This document shows, one piece after another, positions 37,060 through 46,631 of a stretch of DNA of 64,000 nt (position 1 is the stretch's first letter; the number at the start of each line of letters is the position of its first letter). The notes beneath the pieces are model-generated. The model was given only the letters and a program-made list of their open reading frames with translations, did no database searches and had not been told where the DNA came from. The stretch comes from a virus. Location: positions 64,001 through 128,000 of the IMG/VR virus record IMGVR_UViG_3300050015_000276; one strand, written 5' to 3'. The translations under genes and the position numbers were made by a program.

Positions 37060-38595
37060 ATGTTGCCTGAAAACACAATAATGGTCCGTAAGAAAAACGA
37101 AACCTATTTAGAAGTTCTTGCGGTCGATTCTATTATGATGACCCTCCGTGATTTTTTCAGTTTCTTTGTACCTGGTCATCAGTTCATGGAGAAATTTCGT
37201 AAAAAATTCTGGGATGGTAAAATTTATCTTCTGAATAGAAATAATGGTGAATTGTATTGTGGTCTCCTCCAACATTTGAAGGAATTCGCACGTCAACATG
37301 AATATGAAATTGTATATACAGATGGTGATCTGGATATCGAAGAAGAATTTTCTATCCAAGAAGCCGAAGACTTTGCAACCAAGTTAAATCTTCATGTAAA
37401 ACGTATAGAGGATGGTAAAGAAGTTTATATACCTATCACGCCACACGATTATCAAATAGCCGCTTTCAGACATGCAGTACAAACAAAACGGTGTTTGTTA
37501 TTATCTCCCACTGCTTCCGGAAAATCTGCCATTTTATACCTTCTCATTCGCTACTATCAAGAACAAATAGAATCAAATCGTAAGATTTTACTTATTGTTC
37601 CTACAGTAAATTTGGTAAGTCAAATGTATACGGATTTTGGTGAATATTCTTATGATAATACCTGGGATGTACGAAATGAAGTACATATGGTTTATCAAGG
37701 AAAAGAAAAAGGATCCGAAAAACAAATTATAATTTCCACATGGCAATCATTATATCAATTACCTCTTTCTTATTTTGAACAATTTGACGTGATCTTAGGT
37801 GATGAATGCCATCTTGCCAAAGCACAATCTATTTCATCAATGTTACAAAAGTCCTATAAAGCCCAATATCGTATAGGAACTACAGGAACTCTTGATGGAT
37901 CAAAATGTAATAAATTAGTTTTGGAAGGACTTTTTGGTAAGGTATATAAAGTAACCACAACTGTACAATTACAAGAAAAAGGTACCTTGGCACAAATGAT
38001 GATTAATTGTTTGATGCTTCATTATCCTGAAGATGTTTGTAAGAAAATGAAAGGTGCCAAATACCAAGATGAGGTTTCTTTTATTGTTGAACACGAAGGA
38101 CGAAATAAATTTATTCGAAATCTATCACTTTCACTAAAAGGAAACACATTAGTACTTTTCAATCTCGTTGAACGCCATGGAAAAATATTATACGAAGACA
38201 TTTTAAACCATGCCAAAGATGGTAGGAAAGTTTTCTTTATTTCAGGAAAGGTTGATGTTGTAGACCGAGAATTATTCCGTAAAATTGTCGAAACTGAATC
38301 CGATGCCATTATTGTGGCGAGTCTGGGAACATTTTCTACTGGTGTAAATCTCAGAAATCTTCACAATATTGTGTTGGCATCACCATCTAAATCTAGAATC
38401 CGTGTATTGCAGAGTTTAGGACGAGGATTACGTCTTGGAGAAACTAAAGACACCTTATATCTTTTTGACATATCAGATGATCTCCAATATAAAACATATA
38501 AGAACCACGGACTAAAACATTTTCTTGAACGGATGAAAATTTATAACAGCGAGAAATTTTTGTATAAAATCTACAAAGTGAGATTAAAATCCTAA
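37060..38595 (+). CDS. uvsW: SF2 DNA helicase UvsW
   Basis: PHDYQ, SPTASGKS, LLIVPT, GDECHLAK, GTTGT, TFSTGVN, LQSLGRGLR. Confidence 0.95.
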   Translation: MLPENTIMVRKKNETYLEVLAVDSIMMTLRDFFSFFVPGHQFMEKFRKKFWDGKIYLLNRNNGELYCGLLQHLKEFARQHEYEIVYTDGDLDIEEEFSIQEAEDFATKLNLHVKRIEDGKEVYIPITPHDYQIAAFRHAVQTKRCLLLSPTASGKSAILYLLIRYYQEQIESNRKILLIVPTVNLVSQMYTDFGEYSYDNTWDVRNEVHMVYQGKEKGSEKQIIISTWQSLYQLPLSYFEQFDVILGDECHLAKAQSISSMLQKSYKAQYRIGTTGTLDGSKCNKLVLEGLFGKVYKVTTTVQLQEKGTLAQMMINCLMLHYPEDVCKKMKGAKYQDEVSFIVEHEGRNKFIRNLSLSLKGNTLVLFNLVERHGKILYEDILNHAKDGRKVFFISGKVDVVDRELFRKIVETESDAIIVASLGTFSTGVNLRNLHNIVLASPSKSRIRVLQSLGRGLRLGETKDTLYLFDISDDLQYKTYKNHGLKHFLERMKIYNSEKFLYKIYKVRLKS

Positions 38596-38596
38596 T

Positions 38597-39019
38597 ATGA
38601 CCATGAATGAAGAAATCACAAATGAAATCCTCAATTTACTTCCATGTTTTACAGAAGATGAATTGCATAATCTCCGAGCCATTAAATTAAATAATGGTAA
38701 TGATATTATTGGCTGTATTCTCACAATAGATTCGGAAAAATTAATTGTCAAGAGGCCTTGCCAAATATTCCGTATTTCTGATGAACATAATAACGTTTCA
38801 TTATTATTAACAAAATGGCAACCATTTTCCGATGATATCAATTTTGTTATTTCCAAAATATCACTTGTTACATATTGTAAAGTTAATGATTATATGAAAG
38901 AATCATATATCGATACTATACAAAAACAAATAGAAGATGATAATATTCCTAAAACCATTAATGATTTTGGCTGGCCAGCCAGGATTGGCCAATCCATCGA
39001 TTTATCAAAAATTAATTAA
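38597..39019 (+). CDS. Conserved T4-like hypothetical protein after uvsW (Sm-like fold possible)
   Basis: IKLNNGNDIIG...LIVKRP...KWQPFSDD; position. Confidence 0.6.
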   Translation: MTMNEEITNEILNLLPCFTEDELHNLRAIKLNNGNDIIGCILTIDSEKLIVKRPCQIFRISDEHNNVSLLLTKWQPFSDDINFVISKISLVTYCKVNDYMKESYIDTIQKQIEDDNIPKTINDFGWPARIGQSIDLSKIN

Positions 39020-39159
39020 AGAGAAAATAGAAACCACAATGCTCCTGCTGCAAGTGCCAATATACCAAAGAAAACAAATAAGGCTCCAAATACATATGTG
39101 AAACCTTTCTTCCAACCAAAAAGGAATACTGCCACAATTAATGCAATCAGGATCGTCAT
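39016..39159 (-). CDS. Small two-TM membrane protein (47 aa, MTILIALIVAVFLFGWKKGFTYVFGALFVFFGILALAAGALWFLFSL)
   Basis: Read by hand; SD AGGAGA 8 nt upstream; convergent with 38597 gene. Confidence 0.7.
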   Translation of the reverse strand: MTILIALIVAVFLFGWKKGFTYVFGALFVFFGILALAAGALWFLFSL

Positions 39160-39371
39160 AATAAATTTCTCCTAAGGCCTTTAAGGTTCTTAAAGGTTTA
39201 AAGAACTTTAAATAACCTTTATCAATAGGCTACACAAGCATTGTAGCATGTGTCAAGCTGGAAAGCAAGTGTTTATTTTAGAAAATGAATGAAATTGCTG
39301 TAAGTTATTGAAAACAAAAGAAAGATAGTTCCGAGAAATATTGTGGATTATAAAAATATTTTATAATATAC

Positions 39372-39400
39372 TTGATTTCCTGTAGTAATCGTGCTATAAT
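39372..39400 (+). promoter_or_regulatory. Sigma70-type promoter of gp55 (TTGATT-17-TATAAT, extended -10)
   Basis: Direct reading. Confidence 0.75.
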
Positions 39401-39443
39401 AGAACAATAACAATTAGTCCCTCAGAGGCTATGCAAGGATTAC

Positions 39444-40091
39444 ATGGCATTAAAAAACACCAAACATTATGTTGACAACACCCTTTTCTTAGAGGCTCTT
39501 AAAAAATATTTACCATTGTTGAAAACTCTTAGAGTCGAACACACCAAGGTATGTAAGAAATTGATAAAGCAAGGAACATCAGAGGAAGATTTGCCTTCAT
39601 TTGTTAGACCACAAACACCAGATTACAATTATATTGGTGAATGCCTGATGAAGATTGCTAACCATCTATCATATAGTCCAAAATTCTTTCCTAATTTTAA
39701 TAACCAAAGTCTCCGTGAGGAAATGATTGGTGACGCATTAGAGAATGCTATTAAATGTTTGGAGAATTTTGATGTTAAAAAATATAAAAATCCTTTTGCT
39801 TATTTCACTCAGGTGATGTGGTATTCATTCTATAGAACAATAACTGAGGAATCTTATCATTCTTATATTAAACAAAAGAGTTTGGCGAGTGCTATTGAAT
39901 TCTTTTCAACACAAAATGATGATGATGGAGAATATAAAAATACATATGTCAAATTCTTAAGAGAACATCAAAATGATGTGATTGTTGATTTCGAGAAAAG
40001 AAAAGAAGATAAGAAAAAGGCTTCTATATCAACAAGGACTCGTAAGAAAATAGATAATCCTGGTATTGAAAAATTTATGGTGGTTGTATGA
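39444..40091 (+). CDS. gp55: Late-transcription sigma factor gp55
   Basis: HYVDN..FLEAL, YIGECLMKIANHLS, REEMIGDALEN, NPFAYFTQ. Confidence 0.95.
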   Translation: MALKNTKHYVDNTLFLEALKKYLPLLKTLRVEHTKVCKKLIKQGTSEEDLPSFVRPQTPDYNYIGECLMKIANHLSYSPKFFPNFNNQSLREEMIGDALENAIKCLENFDVKKYKNPFAYFTQVMWYSFYRTITEESYHSYIKQKSLASAIEFFSTQNDDDGEYKNTYVKFLREHQNDVIVDFEKRKEDKKKASISTRTRKKIDNPGIEKFMVVV

Positions 40092-40438
40092 AATTTAATG
40101 ATGTTGCCGATATTTGTTTAATAGTAGAAGAAATATTAGGAATTGAACCGATCAAAGTATTACATTTCTTATCCAAAGAAACTGATATGTGTATGTCAAC
40201 TTTCGATTTTGCATATGATATTATTACAGATAAGAGTACAAGTTATAAAGGAACAATAAATTCTAATATTTTACGGCGTCAAAAATCACCAAAAGGAAAT
40301 TGGGTTAATATAGATGGAAATAAAGAACAAAATTTAAATGCTCTTGATATGGCTCAGAAATATGGATTGTCGCCTCATTATTTTCGTTTAATTTTACGTG
40401 GAGAAAAAGAAACATACAAAGGTTGGCATCTTGAATAA
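40088..40438 (+). CDS. Hypothetical protein with endonuclease-like C-terminal HTH (possible homing endonuclease remnant)
   Basis: A.KYGLS...ILRGEKETYKGW resembles C-termini of 14579 and 21557. Confidence 0.5.
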   Translation: MKFNDVADICLIVEEILGIEPIKVLHFLSKETDMCMSTFDFAYDIITDKSTSYKGTINSNILRRQKSPKGNWVNIDGNKEQNLNALDMAQKYGLSPHYFRLILRGEKETYKGWHLE

Positions 40439-41489
40439 AATAGCAATTTTGACAGACCAACATTTTGGAGCCAGATCTGATAGTTTAGTTTTCTTAGATT
40501 ATTTTGAAAGATTTTACCAAGATATATTTTTTCCTTTTCTAAAGAAAAATAAAATTACTGAAATAATTTCTTTAGGTGATATGTTTGAGAGAAGGAAATT
40601 TTGTAATTTCTTAACATTAAAGAGAACACGCAAAATGTGGCTTGAACCATTATTAGAAAATAATTTTAAAGTTCACTGTTTATTAGGAAACCATGATGTT
40701 TATTATAAAAATACTAATGATGTTAATTCAATAAAAGAAATTCTTGGAAATTATTCAAATTTTATAATTTATAATGAAACTGAAGAAATAATGATCGATG
40801 ATACCAAGGTACTATTAGTTCCTTGGATTAACGATGAAAATCGAGAAACTTCTTTAAAAATCATTAATGAAACTGATGCCAAATATTGTTTTGGACATTT
40901 AGAACTTAACGGATTTTTAATGAATCGAGGTCAAAAATCAGAAGTTGGATTTGATGCTGAGCCTTTCAAAAAATTTGAAATGGTTGCAACGGGACATTAC
41001 CATCACAAATCGGATAAAGAAAACATTCATTATCTAGGATCCCCATATGAGATGACCTTTGCAGATATTAATGATCCTCGGGGTTTTCATATCTGGAATA
41101 CCAATACAAAAGAATTGGATTTTCATAAAAATCCCTATAAGATGTTTTATAAGATTTTCTATGATGATAAGGATCAACCTCTTTCTTCGTTGTTAAAGAA
41201 AATAACCGACAGATATCAAGATACCTATGTCAAAGTGGTAGTACATAACCGAACCAATCCTGAATATTTTGACAAATTCATGGAACATTTGTTTTCTATG
41301 CAACCTGCCGATATTAAAATTGAAGAGGATATATCAATAGATGCACCAGATATAATTGTGGATATGGCTGAAGACACACTTACCATTTTAAATAAGTATG
41401 TTGATACTTTGGAAGTTGATATTGACAAAGATAAAATTAAAGAGGAATTACGTTTGCTTCATATGGAAGCCGTAAATATGGAAAGATAA
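40431..41489 (+). CDS. gp47: Recombination nuclease gp47 (Mre11/SbcD-like)
   Basis: ILTDQHFG, SLGDMFERRK, LGNHDVYY, FGHLEL, GHYHHKS, YLGSPYE; likely TTG start at 40431. Confidence 0.95.
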   Translation: MNKIAILTDQHFGARSDSLVFLDYFERFYQDIFFPFLKKNKITEIISLGDMFERRKFCNFLTLKRTRKMWLEPLLENNFKVHCLLGNHDVYYKNTNDVNSIKEILGNYSNFIIYNETEEIMIDDTKVLLVPWINDENRETSLKIINETDAKYCFGHLELNGFLMNRGQKSEVGFDAEPFKKFEMVATGHYHHKSDKENIHYLGSPYEMTFADINDPRGFHIWNTNTKELDFHKNPYKMFYKIFYDDKDQPLSSLLKKITDRYQDTYVKVVVHNRTNPEYFDKFMEHLFSMQPADIKIEEDISIDAPDIIVDMAEDTLTILNKYVDTLEVDIDKDKIKEELRLLHMEAVNMER

Positions 41490-41846
41490 ATGACAGTTCC
41501 TACTTTTACCGCATCAATTTTTATTGGTCTCAAACGTGGTTATACTGGTAAGGAGATGACAGTACAAGAAGTTGAAGACTTTTTGCAAGAAAAAGTAGAT
41601 AAAATTGGTTTGTGTGTTTCTATTACACCCACGCGATATGTCTATACTAATGGAAACGAAAATGGTTTAATAATTGGTCTGATAAATTATCCACGTTTTC
41701 CGTCTGATGAATATAAGATCCGTATGTGTGCTCTGGAATTAGCTGGCGATTTAATGTTGTTTTGTAAACAAATGCGTGTTTGTGTTGTATTTCCTGATAA
41801 AACTATTATGCTTTCTAATAGTGAAGAAATTGAAAAAGTAAAATGA
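41490..41846 (+). CDS. Conserved hypothetical phage protein (118 aa)
   Basis: ORF track; coupled to gp47 and gp46. Confidence 0.7.
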   Translation: MTVPTFTASIFIGLKRGYTGKEMTVQEVEDFLQEKVDKIGLCVSITPTRYVYTNGNENGLIIGLINYPRFPSDEYKIRMCALELAGDLMLFCKQMRVCVVFPDKTIMLSNSEEIEKVK

Positions 41847-42061
41847 CAATCTTTAAACGTATAAAGTGGAAGAATTTACTCGGAACTGGTGACCAATTTA
41901 CAGAAATTGACCTTAATAAATCACCAACTACTTTAATTTATGGAACCAACGGAACTGGAAAGTGCCTTGCAAATTCCACAATTGTTAGTATCTTTGAAAG
42001 TGAAGAAAATAAAGCATTTAAAGAATTTAGAAATTTTATTAAAAATAAGTCTCTTTCTTAA
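41843..42061 (+). CDS. gp46: gp46 (Rad50/SbcC-like) N-terminal 40 aa fused to a 32-aa intein N-fragment
   Basis: IFKRIKWKNLLGTG...LIYGTNGTGK|CLANSTIVSI...; break falls inside Walker A. Confidence 0.9.
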   Translation: MTIFKRIKWKNLLGTGDQFTEIDLNKSPTTLIYGTNGTGKCLANSTIVSIFESEENKAFKEFRNFIKNKSLS

Positions 42062-42085
42062 ACCGTTATAAGCATAAATATATGT

Positions 42086-43186
42086 ATGAATTTTAAAAGA
42101 AATCGTACATATGAAGAAAAATTAATTGATGCGTTGGACAATAATATTAAAAATATTGAACCTTCCAAAAGAGAAAATATTTTACAGGAAATGAAAACAA
42201 ATCTCGTAAGTGAAAATGTTATCAAAATACGAAAATATATTGTAGAAAAATATTTTGGAAGTCTACCTGAAAATGGAGCAAACACAGCGATTTATTGGAT
42301 TGCAAGAGGCTGGGAAGAATATACAGCAAAACGAAAATCTTCAGAATTTTTAGCCAAGAAAGGAAAGAGAAAATCACCTTTTCAAGTTTCGTTTTGGTTA
42401 GAAAAAGAAAATCCAAATACAGGTAAAAAGTTTACTGAACAGGAAGCAGAATATAAAGTAAGATCTCAAAGACCAATTAATTCAGAATATTGGATAGAAA
42501 AAGGATATTCTGAAGAGGAATCAATTAAATTAGCTTTAGATAAAAAAGATTCTAACAATAAAAGTGGTGCAAAAGCTAGTAGGAATAGATCTGGATTATC
42601 TATACGAAAAAGCAGTAAACGATGTGCTGAATATTGGATAGAACGAGGTAAGACAAAAGAAGAGGCTATTGAAGAAGTTAAAAAAAGTCAAAGTACTTTT
42701 TCTTTGGAAAAATGTATACTTAAGTTTGGTGAGGAAGAAGGAACTAAAAAGTGGCAAAAAAGACAAGACAAATGGATAAAAACTTTAAATTCTAAACCTC
42801 AAGAAGAAAAAGATAGAATTAATAGATCAAAAGTTGCTTTCGGTGGTATTTCAAAAGCCGAAAAATTTATAATGTCTAAAATAATTGATATTATTCCAGA
42901 ATTGCAAGTTCAATATAATATTGGAAATTATATTTGTGATTTTGTTTTGAACAAAAATGCTGTGGAATATTTTGGAGATTATTGGCATTGTAATCCTAAA
43001 AAATATAAACCAAAATTCATTAATAAAGTTAGTGGTTTGTCTGCTGAAGAAATTTGGGAAAAAGATAAGAAGCGAATAAAAGTTTATGAAGAAAATGGAT
43101 TCACAGTTAAAATTATTTGGGAAGATGACTTTAAAAAAAATCCTGAAAAAATTATATTGGATATTTTAAGTTTTTTGAAATCATAA
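42086..43186 (+). CDS. Free-standing VSR/DUF559-type homing endonuclease between the gp46 halves
   Basis: YWIARG/YWIEKG/YWIERG repeats; YICDF...VEYFGDYWHCNP...KDKKRI...GFTVKIIWE; own late promoter TAAATA 42075-42080. Confidence 0.88.
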   Translation: MNFKRNRTYEEKLIDALDNNIKNIEPSKRENILQEMKTNLVSENVIKIRKYIVEKYFGSLPENGANTAIYWIARGWEEYTAKRKSSEFLAKKGKRKSPFQVSFWLEKENPNTGKKFTEQEAEYKVRSQRPINSEYWIEKGYSEEESIKLALDKKDSNNKSGAKASRNRSGLSIRKSSKRCAEYWIERGKTKEEAIEEVKKSQSTFSLEKCILKFGEEEGTKKWQKRQDKWIKTLNSKPQEEKDRINRSKVAFGGISKAEKFIMSKIIDIIPELQVQYNIGNYICDFVLNKNAVEYFGDYWHCNPKKYKPKFINKVSGLSAEEIWEKDKKRIKVYEENGFTVKIIWEDDFKKNPEKIILDILSFLKS

Positions 43187-43187
43187 A

Positions 43188-45143
43188 ATGATTTGTACAC
43201 TTCAAGATATTTATAACTTTTATAAAGAGTTTCCACAATATAGGGGACAACTTTCGGTTGAAACTCGTTTTGGATATTATCCAATTTTAGCTTGCGAATA
43301 TACGGCATACAATTCAGATGTTTATTTGGTAGAAATAGAAAATAATCATCTACTTTGTTCGCCAGAACATGAATTGTTTGTCAACGATTCATGGAAACAT
43401 GTTAGGGATATTCATTTAGGAGATAATATAAAAACTAAAGATGGTAATGAGAAAGTGAAAATATCCTTACTTCCGCAAAAAATGGATTTAATGGATTTAC
43501 AAGTTGCTGAAGTACATGAATTTTATGCCAATGATATTGTTTCTCATAATTCAACTTTATTGGATGCATTAACATTTGTATTGTTTGGAGTACCCTTTAG
43601 GAATGTTAATATTCCTATGTTAGTAAATGATACTAATGAAAGGGACATGGTTGTTGAGATTGAATTTAATTCTGGAAGAACAAACTATAAAGTCCGACGT
43701 GGATTAAAACCGCGAGTATTTGAAATTTATGCAAATAATGTGATGCTAGACCAGGAGTCTAAGGCAAAGGATTATCAGAAGTATCTTGAACAAAATATCC
43801 TTAAGTTAAATTTGAAATCATTCAAACAGGTTGTGGTACTTGGAAGTGCATCTTTTACACCATTTTTACAATTGTCTGCGGTTGAACGCCGAAATATTAT
43901 TGAAGATCTTTTAGATATTCAGATTTTTTCAGCCATGAATCTTGCACTTAAAGTAAAAGTGGCAGAAATGAAAGAGGAATACATTTCTCTTTCTAATTCT
44001 ATCGAATTACAAACGGAAAAGATTGCGCTTATAAATGCTTATCTTAATAAATTAAAATCGGATAATGTGAATGCTATATCTGATAAGCGTTTAATTATTA
44101 ATGATAATAATCAACAAATAGAAACAATTTCAGATCAGATCAGAGGTATTGAGGAAGAAATTTCAGAGTTATTTACAACAATCGATGATAAGGAAAAAGT
44201 TCAGGGTAGAATTCAAAAATTACAATCTGCGGAAGACAAATTAGAGACCAATAAAATTAAGGTTGTTAAAGAAAAAAAGTTTTATGAAGAAACAAGTAAT
44301 TGCCCAACATGTAAACAAGGTATTGATGATACATTTAAAAATGATATAATATCTCAAAAAACAGTTTTAATAAAAGATATTGAAAAGGCTTTGGTATCTT
44401 TAACAAAAGATCTGAATACTTCAGAGGCTAGGTTAGTTGAGATTTTGGAAATTACAAAAAATATTGAGAACAAAACAAATGAGATTAGACATTTGGAAAG
44501 TACTGTCCGCGCCATCGATTCCTTCATTAATAAAGTCGAAGTTGAGATTGAAGATCTCCAAAAGAATAATGGTAACACGAAAGAACAGGAAACTAAATTA
44601 CAAGATCTTGAAAGTGATATGATTTCTTTGGCATCGGAACGTGATATTTTGATTTCTAGAAAGCATTCATTGGATATTATTTCTGTGTTATTGAAAGATA
44701 CTGGAATTAAGACCAAGATTATTAGACAGTATCTTCCAATCATGAATAAATATGTCAATAGGTATTTGGCCGATATGGATTTCTTTGCCAACTTTGCACT
44801 GGATGAAAATTTTCGAGATACAATTCACATTCGTGGAAGTAAAGAAAGAACCTATTACCAATTAAGTGAAGGACAAAAATTAAGAATTGATTTGGCACTT
44901 TTATTTTGTTGGCGGGATATAGCTAAAATTAAAAATAGTGCAAGTACTAATCTTCTCATAATGGATGAGATATTTGAACGTAGTATGGATGCTACCGGTC
45001 TTGAGGATTTATTAAAAGTAATTCATAGTTTGAGTAGGGATATTAATATTTTTATTCTCAGTCCTCAGGGTGATTTGTTGATTGATAAGTTTATCAATAC
45101 TATTAAGTTTGTAGAAGATCATGGATTTTCCGTGATTGAATGA
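43188..45143 (+). CDS. gp46: Intein C-fragment (121 aa) fused to gp46 remainder
   Basis: LLCSPEH, DLMDLQV, IVSHN|STLLDAL; CPTC zinc hook; LSEGQK signature; LIMDE Walker B. Confidence 0.93.
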   Translation: MICTLQDIYNFYKEFPQYRGQLSVETRFGYYPILACEYTAYNSDVYLVEIENNHLLCSPEHELFVNDSWKHVRDIHLGDNIKTKDGNEKVKISLLPQKMDLMDLQVAEVHEFYANDIVSHNSTLLDALTFVLFGVPFRNVNIPMLVNDTNERDMVVEIEFNSGRTNYKVRRGLKPRVFEIYANNVMLDQESKAKDYQKYLEQNILKLNLKSFKQVVVLGSASFTPFLQLSAVERRNIIEDLLDIQIFSAMNLALKVKVAEMKEEYISLSNSIELQTEKIALINAYLNKLKSDNVNAISDKRLIINDNNQQIETISDQIRGIEEEISELFTTIDDKEKVQGRIQKLQSAEDKLETNKIKVVKEKKFYEETSNCPTCKQGIDDTFKNDIISQKTVLIKDIEKALVSLTKDLNTSEARLVEILEITKNIENKTNEIRHLESTVRAIDSFINKVEVEIEDLQKNNGNTKEQETKLQDLESDMISLASERDILISRKHSLDIISVLLKDTGIKTKIIRQYLPIMNKYVNRYLADMDFFANFALDENFRDTIHIRGSKERTYYQLSEGQKLRIDLALLFCWRDIAKIKNSASTNLLIMDEIFERSMDATGLEDLLKVIHSLSRDINIFILSPQGDLLIDKFINTIKFVEDHGFSVIE

Positions 45144-45151
45144 TATTTAAC

Positions 45152-45180
45152 TTGTTCTCCTTAGAATTTTGTGTTATAAT
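45152..45180 (+). promoter_or_regulatory. Sigma70-type promoter (TTGTTC-17-TATAAT) of the modification cluster
   Basis: Extended -10 TG; ATG 9 nt downstream. Confidence 0.7.
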
Positions 45181-45189
45181 AGTTAATGT

Positions 45190-46149
45190 ATGAATATTTC
45201 TTTGCCCAAATATACTCCAAATAATTATGAAAATTTAATGTCCTCGATAGATCCGATTGATGAATATTTGGGATTTTCACTGAAAATGGGAGATAATTTT
45301 CATCTTGGACCAATTGTTGGCTCGAAGGCGCGCCAATGTTTGCATGTTGTACATTCTAATTTGGAATATATCAAAAATAAATGTAACGGTGGTATTTTAA
45401 CTGCCGCAGGATTGCCATCTCCTCAAACAATGATTGTCTCGGCGGTTGCTAAATATTTTGGTTTAAAATGTGTTATTACGATTCCCAAATACGATAATAC
45501 TAAACGAGATTTTAATCGTATTAATGCTTCAATGGCGCAGAAATTTGGAGCGATTGTATACGGTGTGGGAAATCCAAATCCGGCTGGTCCAGAACATGAT
45601 GCAAAAGAATTATCAAAACAATTAGGATATTTTCAAGTTAAATTTGGTATGACAGGTGATGTTGCAATGCAGCCCGTATCTAATCAAGTTCAAAATATTC
45701 CAGAATATGTTAAAGATATTGTAATTATTAGTGGATCTGGTTTATCGGCATTGAGTGTCCTATTAGGTACAGCAATGTTCGATAATAATATTGAGACTCT
45801 CCATACTGTGTGTTTGAGCAATCATATATTAAAGAATAAAGAAAAGTGGTATGATTCTAATCCACTTTCATGTAAAGTAAAAACTAAGTTACATTTGATT
45901 CCTTCAGATATTAATTATCGAACAGAATATAAATGGAATAAATCTTTCGACTTTGATTTGATTTATGAGAGTAAAGCATTTTTGTGGATGGTTGAGAATT
46001 TTAAGCCTTCGAAGGAAGTTTTGTTTTGGGTTGTTGGAAAAAGATTATATGATTTGACTTTGATTGAGGATATAAACTGGCATATGTCCAATCATGAAAA
46101 AGAGTTAAGAGAAGAACCGACAGATTTTATGGAACAATTTTTCGTATGA
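45190..46149 (+). CDS. PLP-dependent fold-type II enzyme (D-cysteine desulfhydrase/ACC deaminase-like)
   Basis: GSKARQ Schiff-base Lys motif, SPQTMIVS..A...G, SGSGLS, DLIYESK, LFWVVG. Confidence 0.7.
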   Translation: MNISLPKYTPNNYENLMSSIDPIDEYLGFSLKMGDNFHLGPIVGSKARQCLHVVHSNLEYIKNKCNGGILTAAGLPSPQTMIVSAVAKYFGLKCVITIPKYDNTKRDFNRINASMAQKFGAIVYGVGNPNPAGPEHDAKELSKQLGYFQVKFGMTGDVAMQPVSNQVQNIPEYVKDIVIISGSGLSALSVLLGTAMFDNNIETLHTVCLSNHILKNKEKWYDSNPLSCKVKTKLHLIPSDINYRTEYKWNKSFDFDLIYESKAFLWMVENFKPSKEVLFWVVGKRLYDLTLIEDINWHMSNHEKELREEPTDFMEQFFV

Positions 46150-46628
46150 GTTTACTAAGACTAGCAAAAATAGAGGAAGTTCCACAAATACATAAAGAGT
46201 TTCAAAAGTTTGAAAAGAAACAAAAGTTGGAGGGTAAACCTCCAGTATTTGCTTTTATTAGACAAGATTATTTAAAGCGGTGTGTTGCTGATGCAACATT
46301 GTATTTTGATGATGGAATTATTGCCGTATTGAAACAATATAAAGTGAGAACGAAATACGGTAATGAAAAAGGTGAGTGGGGTTTATTGGAACTTTTAAAT
46401 ACTAATTTATCGAATAATTTTACTATATTGAAATTCATGCATAAGTTATTAGATGAAAAGGTTAAAAATAGTAAACTTTATGCTACTATTAGAGATGATA
46501 ATGTAGCGTCAATAAAATTTCATACGGCGTTTGGATATAAACGTACAAAAGATATTATGTGGTCTAATGGTACGTTACCTGGTGGAGTTTATGTTTTTAA
46601 CAATATGAAAGATAAGGATTGGTTTTAA
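46146..46628 (+). CDS. GNAT-family acetyl/acyltransferase
   Basis: IRDDNVASIKFHTAFGY C-terminal GNAT motif. Confidence 0.7.
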   Translation: MSLLRLAKIEEVPQIHKEFQKFEKKQKLEGKPPVFAFIRQDYLKRCVADATLYFDDGIIAVLKQYKVRTKYGNEKGEWGLLELLNTNLSNNFTILKFMHKLLDEKVKNSKLYATIRDDNVASIKFHTAFGYKRTKDIMWSNGTLPGGVYVFNNMKDKDWF

Positions 46629-46631
46629 ATA

